A stretch of DNA of 17,631 nucleotides from Zygophlyctis sp. KS116 (taxonomy: Eukaryota; Fungi; Chytridiomycota): the NCBI GenBank assembly GCA_054661495.1, contig BAAFSQ010000204.1, positions 1 to 17,631 on the forward strand. Direction: 5' to 3'. The notes under the pieces were generated by a model that saw only the letters and a list, made by a program, of their open reading frames with translations, ran no database searches and was not told the origin of the DNA. Numbering within the stretch: position 1 is the first letter of the stretch; each line of letters starts with the position of its first letter. The position numbers and the translations under genes were made by a program. Shown here one piece after another: positions 1 through 9,306 of the stretch.

Positions 1-115
1 AGCTATATTTAGATCCCGGACATGCCGTTTTCTTTGAGTCGCGAACGTGGTTTGCCGTACTTTTCTCTGTTTGAAAGAGAAAATGAAATCATTTTATTTG
101 CAAATTTAAGATTCA

Positions 116-715
116 TCAAGAAAATCCTGGGATCTGAGGTTTATAATAAGCCATGCCCCAAAGAATAATCACCAGAACCATTCCCACAAATATGCTACTT
201 AGTTCAATCAATCCTGCAAGTAAAGTCAATGATATCAGTTGAGAAAATGACCAAATCATGAGAATTGCAAAAAGAATCCATGTAAGAGTGAGAGATGGTC
301 CATAAAATCCAAATCCTGACATTCCAACTAGTGCGGTTCCAAGTAAAATAAGATAAGCATCTCGGAATGCACACCCAATACCCAAGATTGAATCATAGGT
401 AGCTGTTGATTGGATTTCTGGCTCCTCTGCATGAGTGATTCCTTCAGTTGAAGTGGTTGGTGTAGTCTCTCCAGAGCTTGAAGGAGGAACTTCTTCCTTT
501 GGTTCAACTTTAGGCTCGTTCATCAGAGATTTTCCCGCCAATTTATAATCAACCAATGGATGCAAAAGAAGAAACAATTGAAATAGAATGAAAAAAACAA
601 ACACAGCTATCCAAACAGACTCTGTAGAAATATTTACGAATCCTTTCTCGTTCAATGTCCGAAATCCAGTGATTGAACCACCAGCTGGAGAAGTGATATA
701 ATCTAATACAGACAT
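116..715 (-). CDS. Uncharacterised multi-pass membrane protein (199 aa), paralogue A of a divergent pair
   Basis: Intronless. Start placed at ATG 715 (MSVLDYITS..., AAAA context) rather than 826, which would overlap the neighbouring + strand gene. About 4 hydrophobic segments and a charged Pro/Thr/Glu loop. Shares ESxWIAxF and RDxxLILLG...SGxG...LxWIxFAxLxIW with 778-1293. Confidence 0.85.
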   Translation of the reverse strand: MSVLDYITSPAGGSITGFRTLNEKGFVNISTESVWIAVFVFFILFQLFLLLHPLVDYKLAGKSLMNEPKVEPKEEVPPSSSGETTPTTSTEGITHAEEPEIQSTATYDSILGIGCAFRDAYLILLGTALVGMSGFGFYGPSLTLTWILFAILMIWSFSQLISLTLLAGLIELSSIFVGMVLVIILWGMAYYKPQIPGFS

Positions 716-777
716 TTTTAGAAGCTTTTGAGGTTTAATATTTAAGAAAGTTTCCAAGAAGCTTTCCGAAAAAGTAA

Positions 778-1293
778 ATGATCTTGAGCAGACAACTTGC
801 AAATGCAACCAATGCCACTGATACAAATATTGGCGCTATTGGCGGAGGTGGTCTATTAGGCCTTGATGCATTCCCTGATGTTATGATTGAATCATTATGG
901 ATTGCCACGTTTACCATGTAATTTAAAAACTATAACACTAGGTTCATCATTTGGCTTCTTTCTCTGGTCCTTGGTCCTCTTGCTGCCATTGTGAATGGAG
1001 ATGATGAAGCCTCTCCAAAGGCTCTTAAAGCATTTGCACGATCTTCCAGAGATGGATTCTTGATCTTATTAGGACTTGTAGCGGTGACTCAGAGTGGATA
1101 TGGAGCAACACAAGGTGTTTTGATACTTGATTGGATCACATTTGCTCTATTGGTTATCTGGATTATAAAGCAAAGTGTGAATCAAGTTTTGCCTTCTGCA
1201 TGGTGGATTGATTCCTTACTCTTTTTACCAATTATGGCGATATCAATCATTGTGTTTGCGCTAGCCTTTAGAGGAGCACCATCTTATAAATAA
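778..1293 (+). CDS. Uncharacterised multi-pass membrane protein (163 aa), paralogue B of a divergent pair
   Basis: Exons 778-917 and 942-1293; 24-nt GT-AG intron 918-941. Spliced protein MILSRQLANATNATDTNIGAIGGGGLLGLDAFPDVMIESLWIATFTMFIIWLLSLVLGPL... joins ORF 991-1293 in frame. Confidence 0.85.
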
Positions 1294-1327
1294 AAAACAT
1301 TTTTGCAAGGAAATATTGTATTTTTTT

Positions 1328-2027
1328 TTATGGAGTAGACTGGTTATTTCCATCTCTTCTCATAAATAGCAGATAACATTTAAATCTTTGTCTGATCATG
1401 CGTAGATTTTGACTCTCTTGAGTAGTCATTTGTTCCTGATATAAAATTACAGCATCTGAATTTAAAATCAAATTATTACCAGATTTGCATAATGGACATA
1501 AAGGCGAAAATCTAGTCAACCATGGATCAATACACTTTTAATAAGTATAAATAGTTACATTCTTGTGATAATAATGCCGACATGGAAGTTCACGAACTGA
1601 TTCGCCAAGACTATACTCTTGCAAACAAATTACACACTTGTCCGAATCTAAACATAATTTTCTAAAAATTACTATTTTGACCCGACTCTTGATTAATTTG
1701 ATCCTCCTCTTTATCTACTGATAATGTTTCATTTGATGCATTTGATCCTAGAGCCGTAACATTTACAGATTGAAATTCATATAATCTGATTGGAAATCTA
1801 TTTAGAACAGACTTTGTAACCATTCCAGTCTCTGAATGCAAATCTAAATTTGTAGGCCTTGATCTCCTATTATGTAACTTTAAAACAGCTCCCCAAATAC
1901 AAAATATTCCTACAAAAACTAGCATCGTAATATAAAATGCAAGAGCAACAACATCTCCTGGATAATATGCATTACTAGGATTTAGATCAGATTCATTGTA
2001 TAAAGCCTTGGAAAATATCAAAATCAT
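1328..2027 (-). CDS. Transmembrane RING-H2 E3 ubiquitin ligase (216 aa)
   Basis: Exons 2027-1673, 1647-1559, 1534-1328; introns 25 and 24 nt. Splicing rebuilds [42 protein letters not shown] (C3H2C3). One N-terminal TM helix. Start ATG overlaps the HAM1 stop. Confidence 0.9.
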
Positions 2028-2604
2028 TTACTAGGAAGCTTTTTTAAAAACTCTTTTAATTGGTCTACAGCTTTAAATCTATGAGAAATTGAATTTTTTA
2101 AAGACTTTTCCATTTCAGCATATGTCTGATCATATCCTAGAGGTTGAAAAATTGGATCCCCTATCTTTAATTTTTTAATAAATTACATCCAAAATTATTA
2201 TCACCTCTTGGTGGCACTATAGTCCCATTAGTAATACCTTTAAACAGTATTGGAGAATTTCCTGGTTCACAGTATGCAAAAGTACACATTGCATACGCAG
2301 AATGATCAGAGAAATTCTGAACCATTTTCCATAATCCTTGCGGCCCAATTTCTTTTAAAAACCATTTAATATATGGACCAGGTAATCCATTGAATGCATT
2401 AAAGCATAAACAAGTATCTTCAATGACAACTGTTCCTTGAATACGATCAGCCGCAGCTTTAGCTTTTGCAATTGTGACTTGTTCTGCTGATCCTTGAATT
2501 TCTACAAGATCTATATCTTGAGACTGTATAGAAATTGGAGAAAGAATGGCTTGAACTTCTTCTAATTTTTTCTTGTTTCCAGTGACAAATATGAGATTGT
2601 CCAT
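2024..2604 (-). CDS. HAM1: Inosine triphosphate pyrophosphatase (HAM1/ITPA, 184 aa)
   Basis: Exons 2604-2187 and 2160-2024; 26-nt intron 2186-2161. Motifs [21 protein letters not shown]; splicing restores FGWDPIF and the C-terminal ISHR. Ends ...LKKLPSK-TGA. Confidence 0.96.
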
Positions 2605-2727
2605 AGCCACTACCAGTAAGTCCAGGGCTAAAGAGTCCAAGGCCTACCAACTACCAAGAGCAAGGCCTACTTAAGCAAGGCAAGTGTCGAGGAATACCAA
2701 CGCCACAACGTAGAAAATTAAAAAAAA
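2605..2727. promoter_or_regulatory. Putative bidirectional promoter HAM1/RPL34 (123 bp)
   Basis: Only space between two divergent ATGs. GC-richer than the introns. CAAGGCCTAC twice (2638-2647, 2661-2670), ACGCCACAACGTA at 2700-2712, and an A-run before the RPL34 ATG. Confidence 0.6.
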
Positions 2728-3112
2728 ATGCAAAGAGTCACTTACCGTAGAAGATTGTCTTACAATACAAAATCAAACAAGACTAGAGTCATCAAAACTC
2801 CAGGTGGAAAACTGGCTCTTTTATACATCCAGAAAAAAGCATCAGCACCTAAATGTGGAGATTGTGGAATCGCTTTGCCTGGAGTATATTTTCTTTTCTA
2901 AATTTTAGATCAAAGCTCTTCGTCCAACTGCTTACATGAGAGTATCGAAAAGACAAAAGACGGTTCAAAGAGCTTATGGTGGTTCCCGTTGTGCAAATTG
3001 TGTAAAGTCTCGAGTCCTTCGAGCCTTTCTAATTGAAGAACAGAAAATTGTTAAAAAAGTCTTGAAAACTCAACAAGAAGCTGCGTCAAAGGCTGCACCT
3101 AAAAAGAAATAA
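2728..3112 (+). CDS. RPL34: 60S ribosomal protein L34 (eL34, 119 aa)
   Basis: Not in the ORF track. Exons 2728-2883 and 2909-3112; 25-nt intron 2884-2908. [29 protein letters not shown]...PKCGDCG...[33 protein letters not shown] is the eL34 signature. Confidence 0.98.
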
Positions 3113-3117
3113 AGGAT

Positions 3118-3528
3118 TTAAACCAATTTAGCTAAATTATCGGTGCATTCAATAAAGGCCTTGTCCAATGCACCCTTTAAAGCAAGTCTGTAGACCCAAG
3201 AGAATAATCCTGTAATCTCTACTCCCATTCTTAGATTTGTAGAGTCTGATCCCTCCAATTTCCAATACCATTGGGCAGATGCTCCAGGGAGTATAGTAAC
3301 ATAAGAAAGATAAGTGTCTTGTTCTACTTTAGAGATGGCAAACTTGAAAGATTGCTTGTTTTTCATGTGTAAAGTGCCACTAGTCTCTGCAAGTTGAGGT
3401 CCTGAATATTCTACACGTTCAATATCAGTGTCCCAAACAGGCCATTTTTCAATATCAACAATGATAGACCAGACTTTAGATTTTGGACTTTTAATCACAA
3501 TATCCCGGTAAATGTCAAACAAAAACAT
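3118..3528 (-). CDS. SRPBCC/START-like (polyketide cyclase/dehydrase family) protein (136 aa)
   Basis: Intronless ORF with the family pattern IKSPKSKVWSIIVDIEKWPVWD and a C-terminal amphipathic helix (...TDNLAKLV). Confidence 0.8.
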   Translation of the reverse strand: MFLFDIYRDIVIKSPKSKVWSIIVDIEKWPVWDTDIERVEYSGPQLAETSGTLHMKNKQSFKFAISKVEQDTYLSYVTILPGASAQWYWKLEGSDSTNLRMGVEITGLFSWVYRLALKGALDKAFIECTDNLAKLV

Positions 3529-3559
3529 TCTTGTAGCAGTAGGGTTATATATTTAACAC

Positions 3560-5323
3560 TTATAAATACTTTAGAGAATTCAAATAGTCATCACGGCTGG
3601 TAAAGTCCAAGGAAGCAGTATTTTGAGTACGATTGCTTTGTAAGTAATCAGGAATAGGCTCAGACTCCAATGGATTTTGTGTATCAATAATTGATTGACC
3701 ATTATCGCTCTCGTAAATATCAGACGCAGAGCTTGACTGTAGATTCATGGTTGTAATTCCTTCAGAGTACTCTGATCCCATTACGCTTTCTTGGAAATCA
3801 AGTCCTAAACTGCCAGAGCCAACATCATTCAAAGAGTAATCTAGAGATGGTTCAATTCCATACACCATAAAGGAATCTGCTAGTCGACCTTGTCCAGATT
3901 GATGATTTGGAAGTTGATACATTGGATTCTTTCCTTTAGTTGGTTCAACTTCTTGTAATTCATCACTGTGAATAGTTTCTTCGTCATCTTCATCCCAATG
4001 AGGTACAAATATTTCAGATATATCATTTTCTCCATTTTTATCATCTGCACCAGAGCGAGTTCCCCAATCTGTCACGTAAAGAGTAAATAAACAGTAAATT
4101 TTCAATAGTACAAAATAAATGTTGAATACAATCCAGACAGGAATATAGATACAATCCATTGGGCGCCGAACAAAATGAGGCATGTATTTGATAAGACGAC
4201 TAAGGAAAAGCCAAACCATATAACAAACAAGAATAGTCCAAGTAGGAAGTCCTCCTCCTTTAATCATAACATAAATAACTGTTGCAGGTCCAGCAAGAAG
4301 AGTGAGGGGATTAAAAAACTTATCAACCATTGTATATGCTACATAAGGATGGCGACTCCAAACATGTCTTTCGAAAAAAACAGAGCGAATATCAGAACGC
4401 CAAGTGTTTCGAGTCCATCTTAGTAATTGTAATAGAAATTTTGAATTGTTTTTAAATGTAGATAACAATTCAGCCTCTGGACAAGCCTGAACAAAAGTCT
4501 TCCAATAATGAGAATGCATCCATCTAGTAAGAAACTTGTCATCTCCTGAATGCTGTAAATATTTGCCCATCCAATATTCGTGAGTGAACTTCCATTGAAA
4601 GTCTGGATCGCGAAGAATGCTAGTTCGATAAGCCGCAGTTCTTCCCGAAAGGCAGCAAATTCCTCCATCAATATAAGTAGAAGCGGTTATTTCCAGATTT
4701 CTCATCTAATCTTTAACATTGAAAACCTACAGATATTCTATAAGCAGCCAAAATTTCCCAAACGGTCATCTTCTTGCCAACCGGAATAACATTTTGTGAA
4801 GTTCCTACTCCTCCCATTTGCGGATCTTCGAAAGGAGCACAAATATATTCCAACATTGTTGGGGGCCATAATGCATCATCATCACAAAATACCAAAATAT
4901 CTGTTTTAGTATGATTAATTCCTGCAACCATTTGATTTCTCTTGTTCGGACGCGAAATAGTAATGACCTTAATTCTCTTTAATGTAGGATCAAATTCTGC
5001 AGCCATTTCCACAATAGCTGGCTTTGCTTTAGGAACTGTAACAAATATAATTTGAAAAGGATTGCATTTCAACCAAGATCTTATTGCCAATTGAATTTCT
5101 TCACCTGCATCGATAGTCGGAACAACAATTGTAACATCACGTCCCGGCAAAAACTTTGGATGCTTTCTAGGCTGCAATGGCTTGTATAAGAGGTATGCGA
5201 TCACCTAAAAGGTTATTGCATTTAATATTTAATTACACGGACAGTAAACCAAAACCAACGGTACACTCCAATGAATCCTAATGGAATAAATACAGGAAGG
5301 TATTCATTAGTCAAGTAAAACAT
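3560..5323 (-). CDS. GT2 processive polysaccharide synthase, Cps1/hyaluronan-synthase-like (568 aa)
   Basis: Exons 5323-5237, 5204-4731, 4705-3560; introns 32 and 25 nt. Motifs VVPTID, NKRNQM, FCDDD, CLSGRTAAYR, SGDDKFLT, QLLRW (QxxRW), C-terminal TM helices, TDWGTR and a long acidic tail. Confidence 0.92.
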
Positions 5324-5578
5324 ATTTTTAGTTTTTTAAAGGTGTTTTTGATTTTGATTCCCTGCTCGTCCGACTTCCGAGAAAGGCATTCCGACGTTCA
5401 GACATGATTTTTAATCTAACAGCTGAACGAATTAAGCATGTCCAGATCTTATCATTGAATTTAATATCTCTGTTAGGTATGATACTACATTTATATGGAT
5501 CCAATGGTAAAATCCTCTGATTTACTTATTGTGTGGCGCTAAACGTAGATCAAATTTGTTTACGTCACTCATCATAAA

Positions 5579-6559
5579 ATGGCAGACTCATCGCAGCTAG
5601 ACTCATCAAAGCCAGTTCTTGAGCCCCCAAAGATGGATCAAGTGAAATCTTTTCTTGCTGGAGGAGCAGCAGGTATTTCTGCCGTTTTAGTTGGAGTAAT
5701 TTGTTCAAGATTTAATGATAGCATCCGTTCGACACACTTAAAGTTAGATTGCAAACTTCAAATGAGTACAAGGGAATTGTTGATTGTGTCAAAAAGACTG
5801 GTGTGCGAGGATTATACAGAGGGATCGTTTCTCCGTTGGTTGGAGTTACGCCAATGTTTGCTTTATCTTTCTGGTCTTATGATGTCGGACAACAGCTAGT
5901 ATTTTCTTTCACGCCAAATAGAGCCTCTAAGGATTTAACTATGACAGAGTTTGCTATTGCGGGTGGTTTCTCGGCAATACCAACTACGATCATAACCACT
6001 CCAATGGAAAGAGTCAAGGTGGTGCTTCAAACTCAAGATCAAATTGTAGGAGGTCAAAAATATAAAGGAATGTTTGATGCAGGTATGGGAATGTATCGAG
6101 AGGGTGGAATTCGATCTTTATACAGAGGCTCAATTGCAAGTAATATTTTGTAAATTTTAAATCTATAGCGCTTGCTAGAGATGTTCCTGGAAGTGCGGCA
6201 TATTTTGTTTCTTATGAATTTTTTTATAGGCTATTGAAACCAGCAAATAATGAAAATATGCCAATCGGCTCAGTTCTTTTTGCAGGGGGAATGGCAGGAG
6301 TGGGAATGTGGAGTATTGCTATTGTAAATATTTAAAATTAATATTTTAGCCTCCAGATGTGATTAAATCAAGGATCCAGGCTGCTCCAGCTGGAACATAT
6401 AAGGGATTTATGGATTGCGCTATGCAAATAATTCGAAAGGAAGGGCCTGGTGCACTATTCAAAGGTCTAGGACCTGCTTTATTGAGAGCTTTCCCTGCTA
6501 ATGCTGCTGGATTTTTAGGAAGAGCTGCTGCTCTTGATGTGATGCACAGACTATGGTAG
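5579..6559 (+). CDS. CRC1: Mitochondrial carnitine/acylcarnitine carrier (SLC25A20/CRC1-like, 299 aa)
   Basis: Exons 5579-5695, 5722-6139, 6169-6323, 6350-6559; introns 26, 29 and 26 nt. Three Px[DE]xx[KR] signatures (PFDTLK, PMERVK, PPDVIK), plus GVTPMFALSF, ARDVPGSAAYF and RAFPANAA typical of carnitine carriers. Confidence 0.93.
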
Positions 6560-6820
6560 AAAATAAAAGATTTCATCATTTATAATTTCCGCGAATCAAA
6601 GAATGTTGAGTTAATTGAAGTTAAGGACTACCAGCACTACCATAATAGCCACCAAAGTTCATAATTCTAATTATAATGCATACTGTCGGCTGATGATCTT
6701 TAACTGCTATTGCTCTCTCTTCAAACTCTCTAAATGCATAGAAGATAAGTCAAGAGAGTTCTCTTGATGTGATGCACAGACTATGGTCGAAAATAAAAAG
6801 ATTTCGTCATATATAATTTC
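6531..6820 (+). repeat. Imperfect ~60-bp direct repeat (6531-6589 and 6761-6820) of the CRC1 3' end, flanking a 171-bp spacer
   Basis: ctcttgatgtgatgcacagactatggt[a/c]gaaaataaaa(a)gatttc[a/g]tcat[t/a]tataatttc: 3 substitutions and 1 indel between the copies. Confidence 0.95.
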
Positions 6821-6827
6821 AGCTTGT

Positions 6828-8656
6828 TTAGATGCTTGCTGCAATAGAAATTGGAGATTCATCAAAAGATATAGATGCATCTGGACCCGTCACAATATTT
6901 TCAGAGTGGAAATGTCGTCTAACTGGCGATCTTTTCCGCTTTCCAGACAGTTTTCCGGTACGCGTATTGTTTGATTTTTGTAATTTGAGATCATCAAAGC
7001 ATTTACAATGGGTTGTATGGAAATGTTTTTCTTTTGAATGATTAGGAATCTTGTGATGATGATGAATGACGACACGGGGGACAGAAAGTACTATGCCTTC
7101 AGCAATGACTTTTGCTACATATTCTTCCTTATCATCAGTTTTAACTGAGAGTAGATCAGATTCTAATAATGGTTGAGCTTCATCTCCTATTATTGATCCT
7201 TGATCAACTTTAACATATACTGACCGAGCCAACATCCCCCCATTAGACCGATCAATCATGAAAAACCAAATCGAAAACAATATTGATGCTAGTGACAAAG
7301 AAAGGAAGAAAAATAAGGCATAATTCCAATCTAAAGGATAGCGTGATCTTAAAGTGGCAATAATTATAGGTACAACTGATAATGTCAAATTCAAAGCTAC
7401 AGACAATAGTCCATAAGCAGTAGCAGTCTGATGTCTTTCAACAAGAAAAGGAACGCATGGCCATAATGATGATGTAAAAACTGAATATGCAACTCCCAAA
7501 AGTGACATACTTGCGACGGGTGATAGTGTGGTAAATGTCATTAAAGAAAGTGATAATAATATACAAAGTCCTGATACAATAATCAAGTGAGTGCGATAGC
7601 CATATCTATCAGTCAAATAGCCCATTATCGGTGTTCCAATTGCTGCAATAATATCTGGAACAGACATGGCAAATCCTAAATTTTAAATCATAATATTTAC
7701 CAGCCCGCCTAGGAGTCATATCAGGCCACCTTCCTGATTGAAAATAAGCTGTACAAATATGAAAAAAGGGCTGAACACTTCCATATAAGAGTATTGTAAT
7801 TAAAAACAAAATCCAAAATTGAAATGTAAAACCTCTTGCTTGAGAAAAATGAATTTTATCATCTTCTTCGTCATACTCTTCTGACTCATAACCAGAAATA
7901 TCTGAAGTAACAACTGCCTCTTCCCCGCCATAATTAGAATCAATATTACAATTAGAATCTTGTGTATCTAAATCATTCACTTCCACACCTGCAGCAATCC
8001 TATATTCTTTTTTATCCACCTGTAAAAGAATTATCCCAATAATCGCACTAAAATAACAAGTCCCTGCTCCGATCCATCCGGCCACTCCAACTGACAAATA
8101 TTCAGCTATCCACGGTGATAAATTATCATTTAATGCAGCGGCTATTCTAGCAAAACCTAAATTTAGATAAAATAAGAAATACTAATGTTACATCCTAAAG
8201 CAAAAGCCAATCCGTGATCATGAAACCAATCTGTAGTAATCGAAGCCTGAGCGACTTCTAATGATTCTCCTCCAAGTCCAAACAATGCTCTACCAATCAG
8301 CATTGTTTTAAAATCTCTTGCATTCATGCCCAATGCGAATACAGTTTGACCAATACAGATCAATGTTGAAAAAACAATCAACATTGCCGAGGATCCTAAT
8401 TTATCAACCAATATCCCTCCAACCAGCGGCAAAAATATATTTGGCAAAGAATAAATAGTATACAAGAGATTTAATTCGTAACTGAATACATCTTCCGGCG
8501 CATCTAGCCATTTATTAAGACTACTAGCAATAGATCCAGGGACGTCATACGCATAGTAATCTGTTACTTTTAAATTTCACAATACTCACTTCCAAACATG
8601 AGCAAACATGCTAGCAATAAAATAAGCCAATGTGACTTATGTGCAGTGGAAATCAT
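6828..8656 (-). CDS. MFS transporter, MFSD1-like (582 aa)
   Basis: Exons 8656-8590, 8560-8183, 8156-7701, 7675-6828; introns 29, 26 and 25 nt. Motifs LMFGNYYAYDVP, LYTIYSLPNIFLPLVGGILVDKLG, GRALFGLGGES, SFARI, GYLTDRYG, WPCVP, TAYG. Confidence 0.92.
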
Positions 8657-8770
8657 AAAGGCAAGGGTAAACGCTACCGGCCGGATGATTTCAATCTAAA
8701 ATCGGGAATATTCCTCTACAAAATTCAATAAATCAATAATTCAATAGTCCATTTACTGCATTATATCATT

Positions 8771-9211
8771 TCAACCCATCTTTTGCTTTAGATTTGGTGT
8801 CGCACTTTTGAGTTTAACAAAAATAGTCAAACCGGTCATCAAAAAACCTGCTTTAGCAAACGCATTAAACTTGACAATCCGACGCATTAAAACGGGACTT
8901 TTCAATTCTTCATTATTCATACCAGAATAATATCGATGAAAAGAAATCATATCTGAATGAATACCTTTTTTTAACATTTCAGCGGCCTTGCTAATGTTCC
9001 AGGATCTCCAAAAACCTTTCGCAATTATTCCCATACTCACCAATGTAATCAAATAAAAATAAAATTGATCCGGGGGATACCTTAAATTCCATGATTTGAG
9101 TGTATGAGAATAGAATGGATATTTCGTCCAATCTGTTTCAGTCTTTCCCGGAATCGACCCAGGAACAGAATCGGGTGTTTGAGTCTCCATTTTAGAGTCG
9201 ATCGATTGCAT
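8771..9211 (-). CDS. Hypothetical protein with 1-2 predicted TM segments (146 aa)
   Basis: Open frame filling the gap between the MFS and hydrolase genes. First ATG is 9211 (the ORF track start 9226 is TTG). No family recognised. Confidence 0.65.
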   Translation of the reverse strand: MQSIDSKMETQTPDSVPGSIPGKTETDWTKYPFYSHTLKSWNLRYPPDQFYFYLITLVSMGIIAKGFWRSWNISKAAEMLKKGIHSDMISFHRYYSGMNNEELKSPVLMRRIVKFNAFAKAGFLMTGLTIFVKLKSATPNLKQKMG

Positions 9212-9306
9212 TTTCTTAAAGGCCAAAATAAAATTGCTTCTTTGGACTAATTTAAGCTAATAGTTTAATTGCATAAGTTAAATTACAGAATTTCTAGAAG
9301 CTTTTA

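Noticed and set aside
716-826. N-terminal extension of ORF 116..826 (MYQWHWLH...)
   Set aside because: Overlaps the first exon of the + strand paralogue. Homology between the two proteins fits a start at 715.
4175-4789. ORFs 4175-4423, 4420-4671 and 4580-4789
   Set aside because: Antisense or alternate-frame shadows of the GT2 gene with no motifs.
6590-6760. Spacer as a C/D snoRNA (TGATGA at 6691) or a CRISPR-like unit
   Set aside because: No matching D box or terminal stem. Only two repeat copies, both derived from a gene end, in a eukaryote.
6346-7075. ORFs 6346-6579, 6783-6974, 6832-7041 and 6890-7075
   Set aside because: Shadows of CRC1 and the MFS gene. 6783-6974 starts within the duplicated CRC1 end.
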